In this document: positions 11,501 to 21,223 of the stretch, one piece after another | How the letters are laid out: each line of letters begins with the position of its first letter | How positions within the stretch are numbered: the first letter of the stretch is position 1 | Source: a virus | Virus record (IMG/VR): IMGVR_UViG_3300028840_002702 | Span: 1-64,000 of that record | Reading direction: 5' to 3' (one strand) | DNA: 64,000 bases | The notes under the pieces: generated by a model | The model's database searches: none | The model's input: the letters and a program-made list of their open reading frames with translations, nothing else | What the model was told of the DNA's origin: nothing | Program-made: the position numbers and the translations under genes

Positions 11501-12563
11501 CATTTGAACTTTTAGCTAGTATATTCAAATTTTCAATAAAGCGAATATATTCTCTAACTTTACGTTCTTTTTCATATCTATATCTTCTAAAAGTATTTGG
11601 TTGGTCACCATATTTTTCAAATTGCTTACGGCGTTCAACTTCTTCATTAATAAGATCTTGCTGATTAGTTGGATAATCAACTAATGAAGCTTCACCTCTA
11701 ATAATCTTATCTAACTCTTCATTTACAAAGAAAGCAAGTGGAATTCCATATTGCTCTTTAAGAGCAATAATATCTGGATCGTCATCAGGCGTATCAAGAA
11801 TTGTACGAACTGATTTTTCAAATGATACATAAATCTTATCATACATTTCATTAATAATACCATCAAGATTTACAAAATGTTCAAGAGTAGCAGAAACTTG
11901 ATCGTCGATATATTGAATATAAAGATCATCATCTACAACATTATATCCACTTGTTACACCGCCAATAACATTAGAGTATTGCGAAGTATTATAAATTCCA
12001 GAAACATGATAATCTCTTGCTGATAGTGCATCACCTTCTATCCAAGGTCCACCGGAAGTATTAACCCAACCAGTAAGATATCCATCCATAACTCCCGTAA
12101 CAGTTGTTTCAGTTGTAGCTAAAAGAGTATTAAGCGATGAATCAGTTAATGCATATCCTTGTTCAATAACGGTAGTTTTTGGAATTGAAAGTGTATCAAT
12201 AAGTTCTTTAATTTCGAGAGGATAATCAATATCAAAAACTTTCATTGTTTCAACACCAACGGATTGTGCTAATGATTGTAGTGAATAAACGTTACATGTA
12301 TTAATATCTACATTTGCCGCTGGTAAATTACCAATTCTCTCATAAATTTGAGCAGCTTCTTTTTCAAATGCTGCAGATAGTGTTACCCATGTTGAAGCAA
12401 ATTCAGGACATTGATTAAAAATAATACGACCTTCAGAATCTCTTGGAAGATTATTACGAACAACATCTAGATAACCTTGTTGCCAATCGTAATTTCTTAT
12501 GAAATCATGAAGTTTCTCTGTAAGTGAGAAATCTAAAAATCTTCTATCTACGTTATTTGACAT
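8511..12563 (-). CDS. large baseplate wedge-like structural protein (gp7-like position)
   Basis: 1350-aa acidic ORF directly downstream of gp6; C-terminal LLLESGDSLLVETGDRLLLE repeat seen in T4-like structural proteins. Confidence 0.5.
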   Translation of the reverse strand: MSNNVDRRFLDFSLTEKLHDFIRNYDWQQGYLDVVRNNLPRDSEGRIIFNQCPEFASTWVTLSAAFEKEAAQIYERIGNLPAANVDINTCNVYSLQSLAQSVGVETMKVFDIDYPLEIKELIDTLSIPKTTVIEQGYALTDSSLNTLLATTETTVTGVMDGYLTGWVNTSGGPWIEGDALSARDYHVSGIYNTSQYSNVIGGVTSGYNVVDDDLYIQYIDDQVSATLEHFVNLDGIINEMYDKIYVSFEKSVRTILDTPDDDPDIIALKEQYGIPLAFFVNEELDKIIRGEASLVDYPTNQQDLINEEVERRKQFEKYGDQPNTFRRYRYEKERKVREYIRFIENLNILAKSSNVEQENEQFDLISGQSYNFFDFYDSDHPLSGLPLSGDMIENATYSIRNICLQISYQRENVRSMAQKHQMLGTERIMRTLISEYLYREFSSPESWRLHSFDEVLSGDLSVNDMTIRNNLVISSDFFNSISVVEYNDTTQYHNISAEISSYSEADLNTVADRYWEDATNITNSQHTSAEVRSFYDNIGLDDMTDIELSAFLAHIYNMGATSASINYGGIYRNVDSDLTGWVGNINLSGMHFKYLGEPSGTLPWTNITNSIHPSIAYIPWLYGLERIINQELILENIYTYTPRDYTEISAILPQRYDANGNVIDMWRKDNDMFTVYRDEYEYSYNLDETGTENEKIDYDGPFYFPALSAYLDSPATFESNFDNWYGHLEITEAEETKIKWQILNYISDIQNLANKKIYQFGIDKFGNQYTLFKDTKNYDDQGELWMKYKNHPLSFPVSDLNSEYHWQLDTESQMLKGDVFDEYSRKCYDFGFTTLESSNILWMHIGDSPSGNLNGSILMANISRNLESEKNPFVGQRLLGNLVEYDLDGVNEKHIGIYRTDGDSGATMVHVALQDFVPHSTKPNEYLAKFRFRAYDNTNGLKLKTKAAAAKYNIFDNPDNHNPWKLSKFSDVLTISYETVLPDIPDGVPSGLWTGSDGSGFYDPRYNDFKHGFHNGIGTISFAIIPETTFPQTYTTDNFIGYNDVTYQSVQAWEGWAGGEIDGEYIASGAVHNYNINDDNYVQTQFLGTSDPSTSARFDVNSVSFLCYNSNDEYFGLWAGGIYPSWADMDTAWEDTRAGSIFPSGWIYTQLSDDELSSYFRWNDTSIAFHEFTTPGETWNFGTKDENNNFYNVTVTYNGHGCHNMKVDFDDAASEFVTSGYSGTYWIRAGHYAEVLYMATSGMTFDMIDPLDMDNWTVSADVFVVNELDNGGSVTIHNNSADRIESTVNTSIIAKNGTQLTVTGNLSADFSVGDKITVGEGTSPLISDLLLESGDSLLVETGDRLLLEDR

Positions 12564-12571
12564 AATTTACC

Positions 12572-14449
12572 TTAATATTCTATTGATGCCTGACCAAAAG
12601 ATTCAGACAAGATTTTAATTCTATCATTTAAATTTGTTTCAATTAAATTAGGAAATTGGAAATCTTCTAATTTAATTGTACCTCTTATAATATCAACATC
12701 AGCTCCATTAATTGGAATAGGTGTCCATTTAGCAAAACTAATTCCATTAAAATATTGAGTTTCACTTACTGGTGTCCCTGTTGCTCTATATGCTGTACGT
12801 ACTTCTTTAACACCACTAATTGATGCAAGATTTGTATAGAGCGTATTGAAATTAATTTCAGTACCTAATTTATTAACTAATGGATTGAAAAAGTTTGTAA
12901 TTTGATTTAAAGCCTGAGATCTAATTTTTTCAACTGAAATAAATGTATTTTGATCTTTGATAATTTCAATCCAGTTTTCAAAGTTCGGGTCCCAGTCATC
13001 AACTGAATAGCTGTTATTTGTATGACATGGAATGAATAATACATCAAGTGCTTCTTGGAGCTTAGGTTCAGCTGTTAAAACTTTAATTGGCTGTAATTCT
13101 TCTTGAATTAAACGTTCATCTAATTCAGTTTCTCTTGATTTAACCCAAATATAAATGTTATTAAAATCACAAGAATCAACATATTCATAACCATTAGCTC
13201 TAATATCTTCACGTAAAAAACCGTAATTAAAAAGCCAACGATAAAACGTTGCCATATATTCCCAATTATTCATAACATTAACGTCATAGATATCAGGACC
13301 ATGATATCTAGACATATAATTTTCAAAGTCTGATTCTGACATTAATCTATTTCCAGTTCTAAAAGAAACCGGAGCATTTTCTCTAATAGAATCAACAGTT
13401 TCAAAATCACCAAATTCTGTTGATGGTTGAATATTTTGGAAATGAATATTATCCATTTCAGTTTCATTAACTAATAAATCAGTATCATAAGTTTCAAGAC
13501 CAATTAAATTAAGAAATGTATTTGTATCTAATCCAGCAATTCCCCACGTCATTCCTCCATCAACATTAATAATATTAGCTCCAATTTTTCCATCAGGACC
13601 ATTACCATGAAGATATGCTACGTATATTTCATCAGCTTCTTGTAATTTTTTACCATGTATACCATCACCGAATTTAATAGTATAAAAGCCGTTTTCATTA
13701 ATACGTAGTTCAAATGATCTTGAATCCGGACTTAATACAGAAGTATCAGTTCCAAAAATAGTACCTTCAGTAATTGCATTATATTGTTCATAAACAAACT
13801 CACCAATTGTAGAATCATACGTTTTTACAAATACATCTATATATGGATGAGAAATATATTGTGGATTCTCGTCATCAAGTAAAGAAAGATCTAATTGAAA
13901 TTCTTCAAATGGTGCACCACCAGCAGTAAATGTAGTATCATAAAGTCTCCAACGACCATTTATCATTGTAAATGTATTTACATTACTTGCAGTATTTGTT
14001 TTATCGACATATAAATCACTAATCATTGAATAATAGATTTGGTCACCATTTGAATCAGTAAGACCTGTATCAATATATGCGTATTTAGGAATTTGTTTTT
14101 GTGATGATGAATCATCAAAAATTGTTCCAGAAGGTGCGTCATCAGCATCTCTATAAGATACTGTAGTTTTACAAGATTGATATCCAAATGGATTATAACC
14201 AAGCATTTTTACAATACGATTTATATTTTCGTATAGTTGAGCGTCAGTAAAAATAGATTCTGATGCACCATGATTAGTGTAATACATCAAAACTTCGAAA
14301 GTATGCGAAAATACATCAACTAAAGCAAGAAGATTAGATCCTTCAAATAAATGATCTGTAAAATTAGTATCTTCAGATAGTTTTTGAATAATTGCTTCTT
14401 TGATTGATATCGCATCAAATTTAAGATATTCGGTGTTAAAATCAGGCAT
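12572..14449 (-). CDS. baseplate wedge subunit, T4 gp6-like
   Basis: FTDHLFEGSNL..LVD, ESIFTDAQLYENI...KMLGY.P, IKFGDGIHGKKL, ETVDSIRENAP motifs. Confidence 0.85.
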   Translation of the reverse strand: MPDFNTEYLKFDAISIKEAIIQKLSEDTNFTDHLFEGSNLLALVDVFSHTFEVLMYYTNHGASESIFTDAQLYENINRIVKMLGYNPFGYQSCKTTVSYRDADDAPSGTIFDDSSSQKQIPKYAYIDTGLTDSNGDQIYYSMISDLYVDKTNTASNVNTFTMINGRWRLYDTTFTAGGAPFEEFQLDLSLLDDENPQYISHPYIDVFVKTYDSTIGEFVYEQYNAITEGTIFGTDTSVLSPDSRSFELRINENGFYTIKFGDGIHGKKLQEADEIYVAYLHGNGPDGKIGANIINVDGGMTWGIAGLDTNTFLNLIGLETYDTDLLVNETEMDNIHFQNIQPSTEFGDFETVDSIRENAPVSFRTGNRLMSESDFENYMSRYHGPDIYDVNVMNNWEYMATFYRWLFNYGFLREDIRANGYEYVDSCDFNNIYIWVKSRETELDERLIQEELQPIKVLTAEPKLQEALDVLFIPCHTNNSYSVDDWDPNFENWIEIIKDQNTFISVEKIRSQALNQITNFFNPLVNKLGTEINFNTLYTNLASISGVKEVRTAYRATGTPVSETQYFNGISFAKWTPIPINGADVDIIRGTIKLEDFQFPNLIETNLNDRIKILSESFGQASIEY

Positions 14450-14522
14450 AATATAAATTCCTCAAAAAATACAAGACATTCCTTTAATCATATTTATTCA
14501 ATCTGGGTTATCTTGTAGATTT

Positions 14523-15062
14523 CTATTCTTCAATTTCATCAACATCTAATAATCTAGCGTCTCCGTTAGATAAGATGTCTTTACTTTGTTCTCTAAGCAT
14601 ATCAACTAATTCTTCTTGACTCATGGAAATACTATTTTGTTGAATATAAGTATTACCACTTCCAGCATCTAAAGATTTTTGTTGAGCTTTAAATTCAGCA
14701 AGATCACGACGTGCACTTATTTTCATTTCTTCTAATTCATAAGCGTTTTGATGTCGTTTTTCTATAAGCCTTGTCTTATTAAATTCTGATAATAAGTGAC
14801 TAATTGAAGATATCATACTTGAAGCGGCAGACACTGTATCTGGATCAGGTGCTGCCTCGAGAAGAGATTGGGCTGTGTCCATCAGCCTATTACTTGTTTT
14901 AAGAAGCTTTTTCATTTCATTATCAATGAAATGTTCTTCATTATCTTCACTTTGAACTATAGGTTCTTCTTCTTGAACCTGTTCAATTTCACTATTATCA
15001 CTTGTCTCTTCGACAACAATATCGAATAATTCGTTTAATCCATCGTCGTCTATTCTATTCAT
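14523..15062 (-). CDS. putative terminase small subunit (gp16-like)
   Basis: Helical acidic protein with C-terminal GNTYIQQNSISMSQEELVDML resembling gp16 tails; two TATAAATA late promoters upstream. Confidence 0.45.
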   Translation of the reverse strand: MNRIDDDGLNELFDIVVEETSDNSEIEQVQEEEPIVQSEDNEEHFIDNEMKKLLKTSNRLMDTAQSLLEAAPDPDTVSAASSMISSISHLLSEFNKTRLIEKRHQNAYELEEMKISARRDLAEFKAQQKSLDAGSGNTYIQQNSISMSQEELVDMLREQSKDILSNGDARLLDVDEIEE

Positions 15063-15088
15063 AATGTAACCTTTTGCTTCATCATTTT

Positions 15089-15133
15089 TATTTATAAAGT
15101 TTACATTCTAAAATTTGTGATTATATATTTATA
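15089..15133 (-). promoter_or_regulatory. two T4-type late promoters (TATAAATA at 15089-15096 and 15126-15133)
   Basis: Exact consensus on the minus strand upstream of the structural operon; gp55-like sigma encoded adjacent. Confidence 0.7.
15099..15127 (+). promoter_or_regulatory. early/middle promoter GTTTAC-N17-TATATA
   Basis: One of nine copies of the same spaced motif in the window. Confidence 0.6.
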
Positions 15134-15177
15134 AGCAGGGCAAATAATGTTTGTCCACCAACTGAGAACACAAAATT

Positions 15178-15606
15178 ATGAAAAGGAAGCATAAAGAACA
15201 TTATGTAAACAATAACGAGATGTTTCAAGAAATTTTAAAATATCATGAAACTGGTCAAATTTCAGATGAACTCGGTACAATGTTTATGAAGATTGCTAAA
15301 CGTTTTGGATCCCAACCTAAATTTTCGGGATATTCATATATAGAAGACATGATTAGTTCCGCCGTAGAACGTATGGTTGAACAAATTGATAAATTTGATG
15401 TTAATAGACGTCCTGCAAATCCATTTGCATATTTTACACAAACTACACGTAATCAATTCTTAGCAATACTTAAACGTGAAAAACGTCAACGTGATATCAA
15501 ATCTAAATATCGTACAAAAGTTTGGGAAGATTTATGTACGGATGAACAACTAGAACAAGCAAATGAAACAACTGATGAAGATGATACCTTTTACACAGAG
15601 GAATAA
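15178..15606 (+). CDS. late-transcription sigma factor, T4 gp55-like
   Basis: HYVNN.E, KIA..F...PKFSGYSY.EDMIS, NPFAYFTQ motifs; synteny gp55-gp47-gp46. Confidence 0.9.
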   Translation: MKRKHKEHYVNNNEMFQEILKYHETGQISDELGTMFMKIAKRFGSQPKFSGYSYIEDMISSAVERMVEQIDKFDVNRRPANPFAYFTQTTRNQFLAILKREKRQRDIKSKYRTKVWEDLCTDEQLEQANETTDEDDTFYTEE

Positions 15607-15609
15607 TTA

Positions 15610-16704
15610 ATGGATACAGTCACAATCAATTCGAGAAAAGTAGCGATGTTTTCCGATTTACATTGGGGAAAATCAAGAGATTCAGATGTAAAATTAGAAT
15701 CAGCCAAAAAATTTATTGATTGGTTTATAGAGCTTATTAAAGAGCGAAATATTAAAGATGTACTATTTCTTGGAGACTGGTTTGACAATCGAAATCTAAT
15801 ATCAGTTAAAACACAAAACTACTCTTACGAAGCTCTTCGAAAATTTTCTGAAAATGGCATTAACTTATATATGATTGTCGGAAATCATGATGCATATTTT
15901 AAAGATACTATCGAAGTTAACAGTATTAAACACTATAATGATATTCCACATATTCATCCAGTAGAAGAACTTACTAAAATACATTTTGCACCAACTGACA
16001 AATATGGTTTAATGTGTCCATGGGATACTTATCGTGAAATGGACGAAAAATTTGATGTAATGTTTGGACATTACGAATTTAAAGGTGCTTATCTCGTTGG
16101 AACAGTAAGTAAACATGGAATGAATATTGATGATTTATTTGAAAATGCACCACTTATTTTTGGTGGACATTATCATATAAGCGCTGATTATCAACATGAA
16201 AATGGTAGAGTAGTTACTTTAGGTTGCCCACTTCAATTGGATTGGGGTGACTTTGAAAATGATAAAGGTGTTTATATCTTAAATACTGAAGATATGACAT
16301 TTGAATTTATCAAAAATAAAATAAGTCCAAAACATATACGAATTTATTGGACACATATTAAAGAGAAAACTGAAAAATTTGATACAATAACTGGTAATTA
16401 TGTAAAATTTGTGGTTGATAGTAAACCGAAATTTGAACACATAATGAAAGTTTTAAACATCATTAATTCAAAAGATCCAATTAAAACATGTGAACCTGAA
16501 TTTGTTTATAACAAAAATATTAATATTCTTGAAGGTGTTGATATAAGTGATGAAAGTGATAGTGTATTAACAATGTCCAAATTAGAATATATGGAAAAAT
16601 ACATAAAAGAATATTTTAAGAATTCTGAAGATATGGCAGACTTAGATGCTAATCTTATGATTGATATGATGAGAAACCTTTATAAGGAAACAGAGTTAGA
16701 ATAG
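15610..16704 (+). CDS. recombination endonuclease subunit gp47 (Mre11/SbcD-like)
   Basis: Metallophosphoesterase motifs DLHWG, GDWFD, GNHD, GHYE, GHYH. Confidence 0.92.
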   Translation: MDTVTINSRKVAMFSDLHWGKSRDSDVKLESAKKFIDWFIELIKERNIKDVLFLGDWFDNRNLISVKTQNYSYEALRKFSENGINLYMIVGNHDAYFKDTIEVNSIKHYNDIPHIHPVEELTKIHFAPTDKYGLMCPWDTYREMDEKFDVMFGHYEFKGAYLVGTVSKHGMNIDDLFENAPLIFGGHYHISADYQHENGRVVTLGCPLQLDWGDFENDKGVYILNTEDMTFEFIKNKISPKHIRIYWTHIKEKTEKFDTITGNYVKFVVDSKPKFEHIMKVLNIINSKDPIKTCEPEFVYNKNINILEGVDISDESDSVLTMSKLEYMEKYIKEYFKNSEDMADLDANLMIDMMRNLYKETELE

Positions 16705-16706
16705 AT

Positions 16707-18503
16707 ATGAATAAAATACATTTCAACAACATCACAATTAAAAACTTCTTCAGCATTGGTGCAGAAGTCCATTTAAATTTTAATGACTATAATGGTATGA
16801 ATTATGTCTTCGGATTTAATAAAGACTTAAATGTTAAAAATGGTAGTGGTAAATCTGCTATTTTTATTGATGCAATTCTTTTTGCACTTTTTAACAAAAC
16901 AAGTAAAGGTGTAAATAAAAGTTATATTCCTCATCGTCTTGTTGGTAAAGAATGTTTAGTAACAATTAACTTTGATATCGATGGAATTAATTACACAATT
17001 GAAAATGGTGTTTATCCAACATACATTAAATTGTGGAAAAAAGAAGATGGAAAAGAAAAAGAAGATATTACAAAATCTTCAATTAAAGAAACTTCAGAAT
17101 ATATCGAAAAAGAAGTTTTGAAATCAACATTTTTAATGTTTAGAAATAGTTTAGTACTTTCTATTAATGATAATAAACCAGTTTTTAGAATGGGAAAATG
17201 GGAAACTAGAAATTTTACTGAACAAATGTTGAATATGTCTCATATTGGTCGTATGTATAATAAAGCAAAAGAAAAACTAAATGCATTAGATAATACATTA
17301 AATCTAAAACGACAATCAGTAAACTCGCTTGAACGAGATGTTAATGAATTTAAAACTAAAGCTGAAAGTTTTAGTAAAGATCAGAAAAAACTTATTCAAA
17401 AGCTTGATAATGATCTTCTAGATATTGAAGGTCAAATAGGTGCTATGAATACTGATGATACTAAATATATTGAAAAGAAAACAGCACTTGAAGAAAAGAA
17501 AACTCAACTTACTGAAAAGTTTGAAGAAATCAAAAAATCAGTTTCTGATTTAGATATTAGACTAACTGAAATTACAACTGAAATTAGAAACTTTGAAAAT
17601 TCTAAAAAGAAATATTCTAAAGTTCTTGATATTATTTGTGATGAATGTACAAAGAAAACTGATGAAGTTTTAGGAATTGATAAAATTAAAGAATCAATGG
17701 ACGAGCGTACTAATGAAATGGATGAAATTAAGAAAAAGAAAGCTAAATTTAAAGCTTTGCTTGAAAAAATAATGGAATCTAATAAAGCATTGGTTCAAGG
17801 AATTGAAACTCAGAAACATATGATTTCAAAAATTAATTCTAATAGAGCTGAACTTCAATATCTTACAAAAGAACTTGATGAAAAAACAGCTCAACTTGCA
17901 GTTGAAAAGAAAAAGACTTCTCCGTTCGATGATCTTATTGAAAAGTATCAAAAGGAACTAAATGTTACAACTGATACAATTAAGGAGATGGTTGAAAATA
18001 GAAAGTATATGGACTTTTTAGTATTTATGACATCTGAAGAAGGTGTACGAAAACATCTACTTTTAGATTATGTAAATATTTTGAATAATAGAATTAGAAA
18101 TTATCTTGAAGAAATGGCGTGTGAATATACAGCAGTTTTTGATGGTAACTTTAATTGTGAGTTTATTACAACAACTGGTCCATGTCATTATGATAATTTT
18201 AGTGCTGGTGAAAAAGTTAGAATTGATTCAGCATTTATGTTTGCTGTTCGTGATTTATTATTTGGTCAAGGAACATTACAATCTAATCTATTCATCTGTG
18301 ATGAAATCTTGGATGCATCTTTAGATGAATATGCTATTCAAAGTGTAATTAAAATTCTAAAAGAAATTGCAAAGACACAAACAGTATTTGTAATATCTCA
18401 TCGAGAATGTGTATCTCCTGAAGATTTCAATAATATTGTTACAATTAAAAAGCAAAATGGATACACTACAATTATTGATGAAGATTTAGAAGAGAATATT
18501 TAG
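16707..18503 (+). CDS. recombination ATPase gp46 (Rad50/SbcC-like)
   Basis: Walker A NGSGKS, coiled coil with CDEC zinc hook, FSAGEK signature, Walker B ICDE, H-loop SHR. Confidence 0.93.
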   Translation: MNKIHFNNITIKNFFSIGAEVHLNFNDYNGMNYVFGFNKDLNVKNGSGKSAIFIDAILFALFNKTSKGVNKSYIPHRLVGKECLVTINFDIDGINYTIENGVYPTYIKLWKKEDGKEKEDITKSSIKETSEYIEKEVLKSTFLMFRNSLVLSINDNKPVFRMGKWETRNFTEQMLNMSHIGRMYNKAKEKLNALDNTLNLKRQSVNSLERDVNEFKTKAESFSKDQKKLIQKLDNDLLDIEGQIGAMNTDDTKYIEKKTALEEKKTQLTEKFEEIKKSVSDLDIRLTEITTEIRNFENSKKKYSKVLDIICDECTKKTDEVLGIDKIKESMDERTNEMDEIKKKKAKFKALLEKIMESNKALVQGIETQKHMISKINSNRAELQYLTKELDEKTAQLAVEKKKTSPFDDLIEKYQKELNVTTDTIKEMVENRKYMDFLVFMTSEEGVRKHLLLDYVNILNNRIRNYLEEMACEYTAVFDGNFNCEFITTTGPCHYDNFSAGEKVRIDSAFMFAVRDLLFGQGTLQSNLFICDEILDASLDEYAIQSVIKILKEIAKTQTVFVISHRECVSPEDFNNIVTIKKQNGYTTIIDEDLEENI

Positions 18504-18508
18504 TTTCA

Positions 18509-18537
18509 GTTTACTTTGTCAAAAATTGAATTATATT
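18509..18537 (+). promoter_or_regulatory. early/middle promoter GTTTAC-N17-TATATT driving the glycan island
   Basis: Conserved spaced motif followed by GAGG RBS. Confidence 0.65.
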
Positions 18538-18554
18538 TATGAAAGAGGTTTAAA

Positions 18555-19055
18555 ATGGAAAAATATGGAAAGACATTGTGGCTATGTGGTTTACCATGTT
18601 CCGGAAAAACTACATTAGGCGATGCTTTAAAAAAGAAATATTTGACAAACGCAATAAGATTAGATGGTGATCATGTTAGAGAAGGTTTATGCTCAGGATT
18701 AGGTTTTTCTGATGAAGGTCGAATGGAAAATATTAGAAGATGTGCCGAAATTGCCGAGATATTAAATAACCAAGGATTTGATGTAATTTGTACGTTTATA
18801 ACACCTCAATATTCACATCATAAGCTTTTACGTTCTCTTATTACTAGAATTAAATTAATTCATATTGATACTCCTGTAAAAATTTGTGAAGAAAGAGATA
18901 TTAAAGGTATGTGGGCAAAAGCTAAACAGGGAAAAATTAAAGGTTTTACTGGATATGATTCATGTTTTGAAATTCCCAATGCTGATTTACGTATAGATAC
19001 AACACAATCGATCGAAAAATGTGTTAAAGAAATTTTTAAAATATATGAAGGCTAA
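18555..19055 (+). CDS. cysC: adenylyl-sulfate (APS) kinase
   Basis: WLCGLPCSGKTT, LDGDHVREGL..GLGFS.E.R.ENIRR, CEERDIKG, FTG.DS.FE.P motifs. Confidence 0.92.
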   Translation: MEKYGKTLWLCGLPCSGKTTLGDALKKKYLTNAIRLDGDHVREGLCSGLGFSDEGRMENIRRCAEIAEILNNQGFDVICTFITPQYSHHKLLRSLITRIKLIHIDTPVKICEERDIKGMWAKAKQGKIKGFTGYDSCFEIPNADLRIDTTQSIEKCVKEIFKIYEG

Positions 19056-19057
19056 AA

Positions 19058-19639
19058 ATGAAAAAATATACAATTAAATTAGCAAATAAAAATGGAGAGA
19101 TGTCACAAGACTCCATGCATGCTAATGATGAAAATGAATTACGTATGCTTGCAAAAATGCAGGGTATGGAACTTGTAGAAATTATGGATGAACAGGATTT
19201 AACTTTTGAAAATGTAGCTAATGTTAAATTAGATGAAAATCTTCTCGATGAAAATGGTAAACTTAAACCAATGACCATCGAACAACAAGCTATGGCTGAA
19301 TTAGCAGCTGAAACTAATCCTGAACTTGCAGCTCAGCTTCCACCTGAAATGCGTCCTATGCAACGTGATTCTCAAGGAAATTTAATATCACCACCTCCAC
19401 CACAAGTTACAGTTGCATCGAAAAAAGAAAAAGCAACTTTTTATACTGACAAAACAACTGGTATAGAGTTTAAATTTGTTGGTGATACTGTCTATCGTAA
19501 AGATTGGATTGAAGCTGATACCGATGATTTCAAAATCATTAGAAAAAAATCTAGTAGACAAATTCCAAATGAAGAAATTATTGTTTTTAAACACGATTGG
19601 ATTGAAATAGAAGAAGAAAGCGGAGACGAAGATGAGTAA
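19058..19639 (+). CDS. hypothetical protein
   Basis: 193-aa ORF with Pro-rich linker; N-terminus weakly resembles the PilC N-terminal segment. Confidence 0.55.
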   Translation: MKKYTIKLANKNGEMSQDSMHANDENELRMLAKMQGMELVEIMDEQDLTFENVANVKLDENLLDENGKLKPMTIEQQAMAELAAETNPELAAQLPPEMRPMQRDSQGNLISPPPPQVTVASKKEKATFYTDKTTGIEFKFVGDTVYRKDWIEADTDDFKIIRKKSSRQIPNEEIIVFKHDWIEIEEESGDEDE

Positions 19640-20453
19640 AATTGGCATCGGAATAATTACATGTAACAGAGAAGATTTTTTACAGACTTCATATATGTCT
19701 GTTGCAGTATCTTCTGCTATTCAATTACATGATTGTTTCGTTGTTAATGATGGTGATCCACTTAGTGATGAAACAAGAAACATTATTGGACTAAGTGATG
19801 ATAACCTTATTCAACATAAGAAAAATTGCGGTGTTGCAGTATCTAAAAATAACGCATTAAAACGCATGATGGATAATGGCTGTGATCATTTATTTCTAAT
19901 GGAAGATGATATCAAGTTAACTAATATTTCAACTATTCCAAAATATATTGAAGTTGCAGAAAAGTCTGGTATTCAACATCTTAACTACGGCGGTCATGGA
20001 ATTTATAATAGAACTAAACAAGGTGAAATTGTAACTCGTGCGACTGTTAAAGTTAAAGATAGTGATATTAGTTTAAATCTTTACTATAATATTCTTGGTG
20101 CTTTTTCGTATTATTCAAGAGAAGTAATTGAAAAAGTTGGTTATATGGACGAAACTTTTCATAATGCTATGGAACATGTTGATCATACATATCAGATTAT
20201 TAAAGCAGGATTTCATCCTCCATATTGGTGGTTTGCTGATCTTGCTAATAGCTGGGAATATATCGATGATATTAAACCATTCCATCAAGAAAGTGTAATT
20301 AGAAAAAATCATGATGAGTGGATGGAGAATTATAAAATTGCTTCAGAATATTTTGCAACTAAAAATGGTCACTTTCCAACAGCTGTTCCTGATCCTGGAC
20401 AAGCTGTTGTTGGACAATCACTTAAATTTTTGAGAGATAAATATGGAAATTAA
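19632..20453 (+). CDS. glycosyltransferase, GT2-like
   Basis: IGIGIITCNR, VVNDG, GVAVSKN, EDD, EHVD motifs. Confidence 0.85.
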   Translation: MSKIGIGIITCNREDFLQTSYMSVAVSSAIQLHDCFVVNDGDPLSDETRNIIGLSDDNLIQHKKNCGVAVSKNNALKRMMDNGCDHLFLMEDDIKLTNISTIPKYIEVAEKSGIQHLNYGGHGIYNRTKQGEIVTRATVKVKDSDISLNLYYNILGAFSYYSREVIEKVGYMDETFHNAMEHVDHTYQIIKAGFHPPYWWFADLANSWEYIDDIKPFHQESVIRKNHDEWMENYKIASEYFATKNGHFPTAVPDPGQAVVGQSLKFLRDKYGN

Positions 20454-21222
20454 AAGTAAAATTGGTGTTGGAATAATTACTTATAAACGTGAAAAAATGT
20501 TTAATGAAACATTAGACACAATTCCACGCGATAAAGTTCACCATATCGTAGCTGTTAATGACAGCCCTGATGTTAAATATAACTTTGAAGATAAAGATGT
20601 TCAGTATATAGAAAATAAAGTTAATCAAGGTGTTGGTATCTCAAAAAATATTGCTTTGACTAAGCTTATTAATGCTGGATGTACTCATCTTTTTATTATT
20701 GAAGACGACATTCTAATTAAAGATCCAGATGTATTTGAATATTTTATTAAATGTGCAGCAGAATCTGGAATTTGGCATTTGAATTATGGTCATACCGGAT
20801 CAAAACAAATAATTCATAGAAAGAAATATGACGAACAAGAATTGATATTCTATCCAGATCCTCAGGGTGGATTTCAATATTTTCATATCACATTGATTAA
20901 TAAGTTTAAAGGTTTTGATCCAGTGTATAAGAATGCATTTGAACATGCAGATTATACTTATGTGTTAACAAAGGCTGGATTAATGCCACCATTTTGGTGT
21001 TTTCCTTGTCCAGCAGAACCTGAAAATTACATAGAAATTAATGGAGATTATGAAGAATCTACCATTACTGATAAACCTATGTATAAAGAAAATTATAGTA
21101 CGTCGGCACAACACTGGGTTCAAAAACATGGATCTTTTGTCTCGGCAATTCCAAGACCAACTATAAATGATGTTGAAATAAGCCTTAAAAAAATTAAAGA
21201 AATGTATAGCGTGGGAAAATAA
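20443..21222 (+). CDS. glycosyltransferase, GT2-like (paralog of preceding gene)
   Basis: IGVGIITYKR, VNDS, GVGISKN, IEDD, EHAD motifs. Confidence 0.85.
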   Translation: MEIKSKIGVGIITYKREKMFNETLDTIPRDKVHHIVAVNDSPDVKYNFEDKDVQYIENKVNQGVGISKNIALTKLINAGCTHLFIIEDDILIKDPDVFEYFIKCAAESGIWHLNYGHTGSKQIIHRKKYDEQELIFYPDPQGGFQYFHITLINKFKGFDPVYKNAFEHADYTYVLTKAGLMPPFWCFPCPAEPENYIEINGDYEESTITDKPMYKENYSTSAQHWVQKHGSFVSAIPRPTINDVEISLKKIKEMYSVGK

Positions 21223-21223
21223 A